Positions 53,804 to 64,000 of a stretch of DNA of 64,000 bases are shown here, piece by piece. A program made the position numbers and the translations under genes. The stretch lies in the NCBI GenBank assembly GCA_000091205.1, contig AP006483.2. One strand, written 5' to 3'. How positions within the stretch are numbered: position 1 is the first letter of the stretch; every line of letters begins with the position of its first letter. This DNA is from Cyanidioschyzon merolae (lineage: Eukaryota). A model generated the notes under the pieces. That model was not told the DNA's origin, searched no databases, and saw nothing but the letters and a program-made list of their open reading frames with translations.

Positions 53804-54871
53804 CTAGTCTGACCCTTCTTTCCGGTATCCATGAGGGTTCTCGCTCTGCCATTTCCACGTGGACGCACACATTTCATCGATACCGAGCTTGGCTTCCCAA
53901 CCGAGGAATGTTTTGGCAAAGCTCGGATCCGCGTAGACAACAGCAGCATCGCCTGGTCTTCGCGCAACAATTTTGTACGGAATACGACGCCCGGACGCTT
54001 TCTCGAAAGCTTTCACCATCTCAAGCACGGAGTATCCTCGGCCGGTGCCAAGGTTTACCGCAACGCAGCCCACGTTTGCCTCGTCTTTTTCAAGTTTCTC
54101 TAACGCCGCCACATGGCCCTTTGCTAAATCCACCACATGAATGTAGTCACGAACGCCGGTTCCATCCGGAGTGGGGTAGTCATTCCCGTACACCGAGAGA
54201 AACTCTCGGCGTCCGACGGCAACCTGTGCGATAAACGGCATCAAATTATTCGGAATACCCACGGGATCTTCCCCGATACGCCCGGAAGCATGGGCACCAA
54301 CGGGATTAAAGTAGCGCAGGATGAGAATGTGCCAGTCGCGTCCACCATGTGGCGAGGCGTGCAGATCCCGCAAGAACTCTTCAATAAACAATTTGGTTTT
54401 GCCGTATGGATTCGTGGCACCAAGTGGTGATGTTTCCGAAATCGGCACCTTTTCTGCCTGCCCGTACACTGTCGCCGACGATGAAAACACAAATCGACGA
54501 CATCCGTGGCGGTTTAAGCTCTGCAGAAGGTTCAACGTGCCAATCAAGTTGTTCCGGTAATACCGCAACGGTTGCTCTACAGACTCGCCTACAGCTTTCA
54601 GGCCTGCAAAGTGAATACAAGCGCTGATTGGCGCTGATTTTGCCACAGCAGCGTCCAGTGCAACGCCATCCGTGAGGTCAACGGCTTGAAACTGCAGCCG
54701 CTGCTCACTGGCCCCGGTGAGCTCCCGTACCCTGCGCAGCGCCTCCTCACTCGAGTTGCTCAGGTTATCCAGGACAACCACATCGTAACCCGATTCAAGG
54801 AGCTCTACGACCGTATGACTTCCAATATAACCTGCCCCTCCAGTTACCAATATCCTTTTCGTATGATCCAT
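53804..54871 (-). CDS. UDP-glucose 4-epimerase (GalE). It is stand-alone, with no mutarotase fusion.
   Basis: The Rossmann motif is [29 protein letters not shown]. The active-site triad regions are SSSATVYG and ...YGKTK.... The protein is 355 aa and collinear with GalE. Confidence 0.9.
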   Translation of the reverse strand: MDHTKRILVTGGAGYIGSHTVVELLESGYDVVVLDNLSNSSEEALRRVRELTGASEQRLQFQAVDLTDGVALDAAVAKSAPISACIHFAGLKAVGESVEQPLRYYRNNLIGTLNLLQSLNRHGCRRFVFSSSATVYGQAEKVPISETSPLGATNPYGKTKLFIEEFLRDLHASPHGGRDWHILILRYFNPVGAHASGRIGEDPVGIPNNLMPFIAQVAVGRREFLSVYGNDYPTPDGTGVRDYIHVVDLAKGHVAALEKLEKDEANVGCVAVNLGTGRGYSVLEMVKAFEKASGRRIPYKIVARRPGDAAVVYADPSFAKTFLGWEAKLGIDEMCASTWKWQSENPHGYRKEGSD

Positions 54872-55205
54872 AGAAGATTACGACGACTATGATGATGATA
54901 GTAGTAGTGGTGGTGGTGAGGATGAGCTCGTCGGCGAGGGCGTATACGTGCCGGTGTACCAGAAAGCCGACACGTCCCCGCGCGAGCGATGCTGAGACGC
55001 GTCTCGGGATCCCCGGGCTGCACCGGTGCCTGCGCGCACATCGTCGCGAACCGCGCCAGCTGCGCTCGTGGCCGCACATTCCTGTAACCGCTATGTACCG
55101 ATTTGGAAAGGGCGCTACGCGAGCGCCCCATAGGCGTTCGTGCTGCCTTCGGGAACGACGCAGAAGATCTCCTGACCCGCTCGATACGGTGGCGTCTCTG
55201 CTAAG

Positions 55206-55250
55206 TGTGCGTGCGTGCGTGCGTGTGTGCCTGCGTGCGTGCCTGCGTGT
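55206..55250. repeat. (GTGC)n tetranucleotide microsatellite in the GalE / thiolase divergent intergenic region.
   Basis: The sequence reads gtgcgtgcgtgcgtgcgtgtgtgcctgcgtgcgtgcctgcgtgt. A mixed trinucleotide run (atg/agt/ggt) lies at 54889-54935. Confidence 0.85.
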
Positions 55251-56289
55251 TTCCACACACTGATGCTTGTCGATGCGCAGCGCAGAGCGTGCCGCTCGAA
55301 CGGAATACGAGTCGCTCTGGATAACGAGGCAGAGGGTGCGCTCCCAGCGCTCAGGCGTTGCCCGGATCGCTCATTTCCTCCAGCTTGTCATTCCGGGCTC
55401 AAGGCAGGCTAGCTTGTGTAACCGATCAGCGTCCTGATCGACGATGACGATGACGTCGAGTCTTGCGTTCTGCAGCGAGTGAGCTGCGTCTGGAGCCGGC
55501 GCCCTCAAAGGCTTCGCAAAGGCATGCATGCCTCGTAGGGCGAGCGCAGCAGCGGCTTATCCAGTGGAACAGCATTCAGTTGCGGTAAGCTTCATGTCCA
55601 TCTAATCAGTGTATCGAGCATGCGATTATGCAGTCGACGCATTCTGGTCTGGAGTTCGTGGAACGCGGCGGCATCCGGGTGGGGATATGAGCGGCCTCTT
55701 CGCAGCTGGTTGCCGCCAACCAGCATGCGCTTGAGGACCTCCGCTTCGGATCAAGGATCTTTCAGCTTCTAGCAAGCTTACGCACAGTAGTAGCCGCAGA
55801 CAACCAAGTCCGTCGAATCATGGAAGAGCGTATGCTGAGGTGGCAAAGAGCCGCGACGTTCTTGCCAGCTGCCGAGATCGCCACGGAGCCATCGCCGCTC
55901 ATGGGAGCGCACTCGCCAGCCCGCCGAGAAACGAAAACGTAAATGCGAAACACCATTCTGCACCTAGAGGCCGGCAGACATGACTACCTACCATTCGAAC
56001 AAAATCCCACTTGCGCTATTGGCGCAATGCTCGCAAAGCGAACCCAGCGATGCCATGGGTTATCATGCGCCTGCGAACGATCCGATGATCCGCCGTCCCG
56101 TGCGCAGTGTTCCGCTTGTAGCGCTCGATGCTGCCGCCGCGACGCTGCAGCCTGCACTCGAAGCGAAGCTACCTCCCTGGCATTGGCGCTATCCACCGCA
56201 GATCAGGCACTGGAGGCGCCGCCTTACGGCCATTGCCGAAACTACCGCCAAGAGCGTTGACGCTCCAGAGCAGTGGAACGTACGCCCGT

Positions 56290-56603
56290 CTATGATGCAA
56301 TGCAGCAATCCCCAATGTATGATGTCCATTATGATCCAAGATTGAATCAAATGGACTCAAGTGCGAACGGGTGGCGATCTATGATGCAATGCAGCAATCC
56401 CCAATCTATAACGTCCATTATGATCCAAGATTGAATCAAATGGGCTCAAGTGCGAACGGGTGGCGATCTATGATGCAATGCAGCAATCCCCAATGTATAA
56501 CGTCGATTATGATCCAAGATTGAATCAAATGGACTCAAGTGCGAACGGGTGGCGATCTATGATGCAATGCAGCTATCCCCGCATCCATCATATCCATAAT
56601 GAT
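56290..56603. repeat. Tandem minisatellite, 89-bp unit x ~3.5, 160 bp upstream of the thiolase start.
   Basis: The unit tatgatgcaatgcagcaatccccaatgtat[ga][at]cgtccattatgatccaagattgaatcaaatgg[ag]ctcaagtgcgaacgggtggcgatc occurs at 56290, 56379, 56468 and (partial) 56557. Confidence 0.9.
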
Positions 56604-56760
56604 CTATTTAGTATAAATTTAGCACAGCGCTAATTTACACACGAGCCCACCACCTTGCATCTCGCGGACCTGCAGACGCTCGTCGCCTGGCAAGTGCCAC
56701 CAGTACGCACGACTGGGCGCCACCAGCGCAAACGCAGCCTTTGCGCTCAGGGTCGCGCGT

Positions 56761-58077
56761 ATGGATGCACCTGCGCCTGCAGAAAATGACGCGCTTATAG
56801 TGGCTGGAAAGCGTACACCGCTAGGTTGTTTGGGAGGCGCTCTGGCAGGTGTTTCCGCTGTAACCCTGGGTGCTGCTGCGGTACGAGGCGCCCTCGAGGC
56901 CGCCCGCATACCCGGCGCTCTCGTTGAGGAGTGCTATTTCGGCTGCGTCCTGAGCGCGAACCTCGGACAGGCACCTGCACGCCAGGTTGCGTTGCAGGCG
57001 GGCTTACCGGTGACTTGCTGCTGCACGACCGTGAACAAGGTGTGCGCGAGTGGTGCAAAGGCCATAGCGCTGGCCGCACAGTCCATACTTCTGGGGCAGG
57101 CTGATGTAGTCGTCGCCGGAGGCATGGAGAGTATGAGTCAAGCACCCTATTGCATCGGGAATGGCGGCTCTGGTGGGCCTGAGGGCGTTCACCGCGTCCG
57201 CATCGGTGGCCTGCGCCTCTTCGATGCTCAACTCGTTGACAGTATCATGCGAGACGGTTTACTGGATGCATCACCGGCAGGGAAACCTGCGCGCCCTATG
57301 GGATGGTATGCAGATGCCTGCGCTGTCCATCATTCAATCACCAGGGAGGAACAGGACGCGTACACGTTGGAAAGTTACAGACGCGCCCAAATGGGCTGGG
57401 AATCGGGTTCCATGGCCGAAGAAGTCGTCCCTGTCCCGCTGAATTCAGCAGACAGCGCATCGATTGCACGAGATGAGGAGCCGTGGCGTCTCCAAGCCGA
57501 CAAGCTACCGCGCTTACGACCGGCTTTTGATCGAGAGCGAGGCACCGTCACAGCTGCAAATAGTTCCAAGATCAGCGACGGTGCCGCTGCAGTGGTGCTG
57601 GTCTCGCGCCGCAAGGCTCGCGAACTCGGCCTCATTTCCGCTGACAGCGCAGCAGCCGAGGATACGCTTCGTGACGGCAGACGATCTCGTTCCATTTTTC
57701 AACTCGTTGCCGCAGCTGATGCTGAGCGTGAGCCTGAATGGTTCACGCTCGCTCCCGTGACCGCGATTCGCAAGCTCTTCTCGACTCGCTATGGACTTGA
57801 TGCTAGCGACATGGCAAATGTTGATTGCTGGGAAATCAACGAGGCATTCAGTGTGGTGCCTCTGGCAGCGATCCGGGAGCTGCCTCGGATTCGTTCCGAA
57901 CGCCTGAACATGCGAGGTGGTGCGGTATCGTTGGGTCATCCTCTCGGTTGCAGTGGAGCGCGCATTGTTGTCACGCTGTTATCTGTTCTAGAGGAGCACC
58001 AATGGGAATACGGCGTTGCTGCCATCTGCAATGGCGGCGGCGGCGCTACTGCGCTTCTCATTCGGCGACTGGCTTAG
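56761..58077 (+). CDS. Acetyl-CoA C-acetyltransferase (thiolase II, acetoacetyl-CoA thiolase).
   Basis: The active-site Cys is in VNKVCASGAKAI. The His motif is NEAFSVVPL. The C-terminal Cys block is GHPLGCSGARIVVTLL...AICNGGGGATALLI. No N-terminal PTS2 nonapeptide and no C-terminal PTS1 is present. There is a ~35-aa insertion (AAEDTLRDGRRSRSIFQLVAAADAEREPEW) before the C-terminal domain. Confidence 0.9.
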   Translation: MDAPAPAENDALIVAGKRTPLGCLGGALAGVSAVTLGAAAVRGALEAARIPGALVEECYFGCVLSANLGQAPARQVALQAGLPVTCCCTTVNKVCASGAKAIALAAQSILLGQADVVVAGGMESMSQAPYCIGNGGSGGPEGVHRVRIGGLRLFDAQLVDSIMRDGLLDASPAGKPARPMGWYADACAVHHSITREEQDAYTLESYRRAQMGWESGSMAEEVVPVPLNSADSASIARDEEPWRLQADKLPRLRPAFDRERGTVTAANSSKISDGAAAVVLVSRRKARELGLISADSAAAEDTLRDGRRSRSIFQLVAAADAEREPEWFTLAPVTAIRKLFSTRYGLDASDMANVDCWEINEAFSVVPLAAIRELPRIRSERLNMRGGAVSLGHPLGCSGARIVVTLLSVLEEHQWEYGVAAICNGGGGATALLIRRLA

Positions 58078-61000
58078 AGGGCCAAGGCGGACGTGAATAC
58101 CGCGGCCCGGAGCTCAGAACGCCGCGCGTCTGCGCACAGCAACATAGCAGAACCGCATACTGAGTGTGACGTAAGCGTCAGGGTAGACTTGGTCGCGCTT
58201 GGAGGACGTTTTGGCACAGGAAGCGCGGGCTTGAAAAGCAACCCGCATTCCAAGTGCGCTGGTGCGGCTGCGGCCATGGGAGCATCTGCGAACTGCACGT
58301 ACACGACAAACAACGGCACGGTCGAGCCGACTATATGCGTGTGGGCGCAGCTCCGCCTTGGTTTTGTCTTGAGTGCGAATAGCTTCCATGTGTTGTCTGT
58401 GGACGTCGTCTGGCCCGTTGCCTGCTCCGAAAGCTTGGCACTAGAGCATCCCAGCTGCAGTGCGGCTTTTCTGTATTCGCGCGTCTACTGCTGGGGCTCG
58501 AAACATGTCTCGCCAGGATGAAATGGCATCTGAGGGGATGATCGAGCGCCTGTGGACAACACTGCGCGACCTTTTCTCATACGCTAGCCGTATTTCGCAG
58601 AGACATCCAGGAGAGCGAGCAGCGGCAGCGAAGCTGTCATTCGAGTTGTCAATCCCTGGCACTCTGCCCAGCGCTGATCGTCATGATGAAGCGCTGCTGT
58701 GTTGCTTCGCGATCCACTTGAACGCCGGACTCGTATTCCCCTGAGACCTCGCTGCCTTTTCGAGTTCCGGCTGCGATCGCTGCTGCACGGAAACCAATTG
58801 AATTCCCCAGCAGCAGGTCTTCTGCTCCGGTGGCGTTGCTATCGAATACGCTTTCATTCGTTGGCGTCGGCGGAGCGTAGAGGCTAGTCTCAACCGAGCA
58901 ACGTCATTCATTATCGAGCGTGCGTCCATCACATCCCTGGGGCATAGCGATGGTAGGTTTGCCGCCCCGTACCATATCGGAGAAGTATTCTCGCGCTAGG
59001 GTGCAATCAGGTTCCCGAAGCGACGCTGATCGTGGCGCTTTGGGCATCAACCCAGACGACAACGCTCTGTATCCATCGTTTCCTAACGAGTCGAACGTCG
59101 TTGCTGAAGCGCGCTTTGATACAAGCAACAGGCAGACGAAGGCACGTGATGCACTTTCGTGGCTCGGGAACGCCTTGAACGCCTTGGACGCTCTCCTGCT
59201 GGTCGAAATGCTCCTTGGGCCCAAATCCTGACGACGCTTCAAACGATACTCAATCCTCAGTAGTCTCGCGTGATACAAACGCATGATCATTTATCCGTTC
59301 GAAAGAAAGAACGGTTTCCAGTGTGTGTGTATCTACAGCTCTTCAAGCTCACTGTACTGCTGCAACAGACTCCATCAGTGGCTTGTTCCAGGCGGGAATG
59401 CAGTGCCCGCTCTCCCTGTTATTACAGTTTTTGCGTTGCATTTCTGGAGCGCTCCAGCACAATACCTGTCTCCAGGACAACACGATTCCCTTGAACGTTC
59501 GTTCGCCACAAACTCACTGTAAGTTCCGCAAGCAGGACACATTTCCTGGTTTTGATCAAGCGGTTCATCGCTTGGTCCAGAGCGTTCTTATGTGCGTGAT
59601 TGCTGGTGACAGCAGACTAGCGCAAGCCTCTCGGTTTCAATTCCGTTGCCGTCTGATGTCCGTACAGCTTCGTGTACACCATTTGGTGCATCCGGCTGGA
59701 TCTCAAGCTGTTCCCGTCAACCAGTCGCCGAGTGCAGACGTGCTCGTGATACTACATGCCGTCCTAGAGTCATTGATGGGAAACGTACACCATCGCTTCC
59801 TGCACGCGCTGGACGCTCTTGTCAACGGAGCATGCGAACAGTCTCTGGACGCCGCAGCACGTCCAGCGCCCTGGGCAACCAATTAGCAAACCGAGCTATC
59901 GATCGTTTCCTGGTCCAACGCATTGAAGTTCACGTATGCACGCTTGTCGCTTTCGTGCAACTGGAGACGTTGGAGGGCCCCAGCGCTGTCCGACGTTCCC
60001 CCTGTGAACACCATGCGCATAACCTATTCAGACGCTGACGTACTACCAGACGCGTACGCTCTCATACATCAGTCGCGCTCATCCAGACCAGTCAGGTGAG
60101 CGTGAGGCGTCTTCAAAGCCAACAGGGTACGCTTCATGATCCATTCGGCGAAGATCAGCACATAGTATTCGGGTTTGGTTTCGGATTGATACTTTTTGGC
60201 AACCGCCCTGTAGATATACATTCCCATTGCCGATATGGCGCGACGACAGGTCATGGTACTCTGGGGAGCGTGTGTTTCATGCTCTGATCCTACGATCAGG
60301 CCGAATCGCATGCTGTGTACCGAGCATCAGTTGTGTTTGCGCACGAAGATTCGATCGAGAAATTGCAGATGAATGTGAAAAACCGGCAGCCTTTCGTCCA
60401 GAGTCCGTACGAACTGTTTCATCTCGGGTTGCGTCCAGGTGAGCGACGCTCAGCAGACCATTCTCGACTACTAGGGGCCACGATCGCTCGTGGCGTCCAG
60501 CAACTCACTTTTCCGGAATGCTGGCCCTACTGATGTCCTCTGGCAGGCAGGCCTTGAATATGGTTTTGAGAACGATCTTTCCGCTCCGACAGTTTACCTT
60601 CACGTCGCGCGTCGCCCTGTTTCCGGGAGAATCTTTCTCCTCATTGTCCGATGACTCCTCCTCGTCCTTCCTCTTCGCCTTGTTATAGACATGACGGTGT
60701 GGCATGGATGTGGTCCCCTGTCGTCGTTTCCGTTATCTTCCTGGGACGAAGAGGCGCTGGGTGGACGACCAGACCCGAACTAACCTTTTCCGTGCATGTA
60801 CCTCCGACTCCTCTAATATCTTTTCGTCTTCCGCTCCGTCGTGCGCACGCCCACGAACCGAAACGCGTGTCTCGAGTCCGCATTGCGTACGAGCAGAAAA
60901 TCAAAACCGCAGCTCAGAGTTGATGAAGGCGGCGCAATGCATTTCAAACCAAGGCGCCAAGGGTGCGACTCACTCGTCTATTCATCATTGAGTGTAAACT

Positions 61001-62136
61001 CGGCGTTCGAGATACGAGATAAGACCTTCGAGTACATCGAATCAGCGAGCATAGGCTTGTACGACGAATAGCTCAACGCCAATGTCAGCTACATACTCCT
61101 TGACTGATTGTAAGTGATGGAGCCTGGCGTCATCTACGGCCAGTACAAGAGAGTACGGGTCCGACGAGCAACGATGAATTCCTCGACTGAGGATGAGGTA
61201 TTGAAGGATCCAGTCTGCACAGCGATTCCAGCTTCACCGTACCACTGAGTCGCCGCAAGTGTAGATGCTCTCGGCATGCTCGCTTGTCTCTTCCTTACCA
61301 GCAGCGGTTTGCTACGCCTTGCGTGCCCTTGCACTGGCACACGACTGCTCGTGTCTGAATTCCCATCGAAAGAGACGAGCTCCCGTCGGTCTTGGAATAC
61401 GCGTTCGCGTTCCGTTACGAACTTGATCAGGGGTTACTCAGCGCGCGACGCGCTCCCATGGACACGTGCTATCTCCTTGGTCTGTTGGGGTCTCTTGATT
61501 CGCGTTCGTACCAACCGTTCTGAAATATCGTTTCCTGTATATCCTCGGTACTATTTCTTAGAGAATTATGGGGTGAAATGGATTGAAGAGTTGACTCTCG
61601 TGTACACTGAGATCGATAAGGTCTGTTTTGGCAGGTAACATGCACTCGACGGACACCCAGCAGCGTGATTCACTCACTTGTTGACCGTCGTTTGTCTGAC
61701 GTGCATATTTAGCGCAAACTTGTCGCTAGTTAGCAGTGATAGGAGCACGTCTCCCCGCAACCTTTTCCAATCCATAAGTTACCATCCTTTTGTTCCATAC
61801 CCCTGAACTATCAAATAAAAACAAGAACCGCGTGCTGTAGCAGGTACGCCGCTGCGCCCCCAGCCAAGCACAACCGACACCAGGCACAGCGGGTGCGGCG
61901 AGTCTCTCTCTCACCCGGGACGCTTCACTCGGAACGAGCGTGCCGGGCCTTCAAGTCTCACGGGTACACTCACTACACCACGCAAAGAATGGCCCACGTA
62001 CTCGAGCCGCAGACTCCCGAATCCCGCGAAAACTTCGCTTCAAAGCCGCAATAACGGAAAAGATGCCAACATCGCTGCGCATCGAAGCCCATTCACTCGC
62101 CCATGACCTCGTGTGGACCTCTTCACATCATATCAC

Positions 62137-63933
62137 ATGAGTTGGGGACTGGTCTGGTTTCGCAACGACCTGCGAGTTCGGGATCACGAAGCACTCTTAA
62201 CAGCTTGTCTGGAGCATGCCGGAAGAATCATCCCTGTCTATGTCTTCGATAAACGGCAGGTTGGCCCACACGCCCGAACTAGACTGGGCCAGTTCAGCAA
62301 GTGCTCGACGCCCCGTGCACAGTTCCTTGTAGAGGCCGTTCAGGACTTGGCAAACACGCTACGGACGCACTATCGTGGCATGCAACTGCTCGTATACAAA
62401 AACGCTCTTCCAGAAAACGTCATTCCGAAACTCATCGCTGAGCTCTCAACGGAAAAGCAGGTTCACGTCGGGGCCGTCTACTATCACCGCGAGGTCTGCA
62501 GCGAAGAGCGCGCCGTGGAGGACGCCCTGCGAGCCGCTCTGTGCGCCCTCAACCAACGAGGCGAGCTTCCTGCGGTCACACTGCGGGCGCTGGACGGAAG
62601 CAGCACCCTCTATCACGCCGATGATCTACCGTCAGGAGCGTCCGTGGGGAACATGCCGCCAGTTTTCACCAGCTGGCGCAAACTCGTCGAGAAAGGCGCT
62701 CGTATCCGAGCACCGTTGCCCATGCCGGATCCCGCGAAGGTGCAGCCGCTGCCCCTCTCGCTGGGCTGTGACCCCATACCGACCTGTGCTCGCGAAGTGA
62801 TCGGGGATAACTGCGAACAAGCACGCTTACGGCATCGTGTACCCTGGACGTTGCCCGATGATGCCACGAGTCGAGTGGATCCACGACATGCCTGTCCGTT
62901 TCGGGGCGGAGAGTCGGCTGCACAGGAACGTGTACAGGCGTACACCTTCGGAACCGACGCCATTGCTCGCTACAAAGCTACTCGCAACGGACTCCTTGGA
63001 ACCGAGTATTCCACGAAATGGTCGCCGTACCTGGCGCTGGGGAACGTCACACCGCGGCAGCTGTACGCCGTACTTCGTCGTTACGAAACAGAGCGACCAG
63101 AGAAGAAGGGTATCTCAACCTATTGGGTCCTGTTTGAGCTCGAATGGCGGGATTTCTTTCGCTTCACTGCAATGCGATACGGGAATGCCCTATTTTGGCG
63201 ACGGGGTCTGCAGGCGGTGCTTCGGGGCGACCCGCAGGTCGCTGGGCCCTCGAAAACATGGCGGCAGGATGCGGTGCTCCTCGATCGCTGGCAGACCGGT
63301 ATGACAGGCTTCCCGCTGGTTGACGCCAATCAGCGAGAGCTCCTGGCGACCGGCTGGATGTCGAATCGGGGTCGCCAGAACGTGGCGAGTTTTCTTACCA
63401 AAGACCTTGAAATAGACTGGCGCCTTGGTGCCGAGTGGTTTGAGTCCCTCCTCCTCGACTATGACGCGTGCTCGAACTACGGCAACTGGCAGTACGCTGC
63501 GGGTGTGGGCCTCGATCCCCGTGCCGATCGTCATTTTGATGTGATCCGTCAGGCCCGCATGTACGATCCCGAAGGACACTATATGCGACGATGGTTACCG
63601 GAGTTGGAGTCATGCACCGATTGGTCGCAAGTTCTTCATCTGCACGAGCACTATCCGGAGTATCCGGCACCAGTCGTGCGCCATCTGCACGGCGGGCGCA
63701 AGAACCTCGACGATGCTGCGAATGCACCCAAATGCTCTGTCCGCGGCACCAAGTCGGGGTCTCGCGGGAGACGGCAAACCAAACAGACGGGGAAACCACA
63801 TCGGGAACCGGGTTGGATGCGTCAAGCGCATACCGGAGCTGTGGACATCCTCGATAACCGAGACGGGAGCGCGGCGCTCGAACAAAACCGGCAGACGGTG
63901 CTCGATGCATACCTTCGATCCCAGAAGCGGTAA
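62137..63933 (+). CDS. Cryptochrome DASH (photolyase/cryptochrome family) with an Arg/Gly-rich C-terminal tail.
   Basis: The N-terminal photolyase motif is LVWFRNDLRVRDHEAL (the CRY-DASH hallmark WFRNDLRV.DN.AL). The FAD-binding domain reads TGFPLVDANQRELLATGWMSNRGRQNVASFLTKDLEIDWRLGAEWFESLLLDYDACSNYGNWQYAAG. The C-terminal extension is ...GTKSGSRGRRQTKQTGKPHRE.... The ORF is open 8 codons further upstream, to 62113. Confidence 0.8.
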   Translation: MSWGLVWFRNDLRVRDHEALLTACLEHAGRIIPVYVFDKRQVGPHARTRLGQFSKCSTPRAQFLVEAVQDLANTLRTHYRGMQLLVYKNALPENVIPKLIAELSTEKQVHVGAVYYHREVCSEERAVEDALRAALCALNQRGELPAVTLRALDGSSTLYHADDLPSGASVGNMPPVFTSWRKLVEKGARIRAPLPMPDPAKVQPLPLSLGCDPIPTCAREVIGDNCEQARLRHRVPWTLPDDATSRVDPRHACPFRGGESAAQERVQAYTFGTDAIARYKATRNGLLGTEYSTKWSPYLALGNVTPRQLYAVLRRYETERPEKKGISTYWVLFELEWRDFFRFTAMRYGNALFWRRGLQAVLRGDPQVAGPSKTWRQDAVLLDRWQTGMTGFPLVDANQRELLATGWMSNRGRQNVASFLTKDLEIDWRLGAEWFESLLLDYDACSNYGNWQYAAGVGLDPRADRHFDVIRQARMYDPEGHYMRRWLPELESCTDWSQVLHLHEHYPEYPAPVVRHLHGGRKNLDDAANAPKCSVRGTKSGSRGRRQTKQTGKPHREPGWMRQAHTGAVDILDNRDGSAALEQNRQTVLDAYLRSQKR

Positions 63934-64000
63934 AATCGAGCGCTGTGAGACACAGACAGTCTAGAGGGATATCGTCTTTTCAGGACGGTCCCAGGTCCCG

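Noticed and set aside
56761-58077. Possible peroxisomal targeting of the thiolase, given the PTS1 citrate synthase nearby.
   Set aside because: There is no N-terminal RLx5HL-type PTS2 and the C-terminus (-RRLA) is not a PTS1. The active-site architecture is thiolase II (biosynthetic). It is most simply a cytosolic or mitochondrial acetoacetyl-CoA thiolase.
60069-60705. Two adjacent small minus-strand ORFs. The first is MPHRHVYNKAKRKDEEESSDNEE...VKVNCRSGKIVLKTIFKA. The second is ...MGMYIYRAVAKKYQSETKPEYYVLIFAEWIMKRTLLALKTP. Together they might form a small spliced gene.
   Set aside because: I could not match either peptide to a known family. A junction would need a non-canonical GTAAAC donor and a very short intron. 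Left unannotated pending RNA evidence.

Overview
Eukaryotic nuclear DNA, GC-rich (~58%), compact and intron-poor: most recognisable genes read as single uninterrupted ORFs on alternating strands. There is no prokaryotic signature (no operons, CRISPR or tRNA-flanked islands). The stand-alone Ceg1-type capping guanylyltransferase, Bfr1-like protein, CRY-DASH and PTS1 citrate synthase together suggest a fungus (a smut-like basidiomycete is plausible) or a similarly compact protist, but the lineage cannot be assigned from sequence alone.

About 20 protein genes are supported, almost all housekeeping:
- telobox/Myb protein
- secreted germin-like cupin
- bromodomain protein
- HAD-IIB phosphatase
- proteasome inhibitor PI31
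- ~1480-aa RRP12-like HEAT protein
- pyruvate kinase
- Bfr1-like coiled-coil protein
- NAD(P)HX dehydratase
- NASP/SHNi-TPR histone chaperone
- mRNA capping guanylyltransferase
- tubulin cofactor B
- histidine phosphatase
- small U1/JAZ-type zinc-finger protein
- bacterial-type citrate synthase ending in the PTS1 tripeptide SRL
- UDP-glucose 4-epimerase
- thiolase II
- CRY-DASH cryptochrome

The non-genic space is the more unusual part.
- Five unrelated 70-113-bp tandem minisatellite arrays each sit in a gene 5' region.
- A ~430-bp dispersed repeat occurs twice, both times just upstream of a minus-strand gene.
- At least five decayed copies or fragments of a Tc1/mariner-superfamily DNA transposon fill several intergenic gaps.

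Several short microsatellites and low-complexity coding runs (poly-Ala, poly-Pro, poly-acidic) are also present. Many long antisense or overlapping ORFs in the supplied track are artefacts of the high GC content.

I found no self-contained novel system of the defence-island kind. The repeat and promoter architecture is the most distinctive feature of the window.
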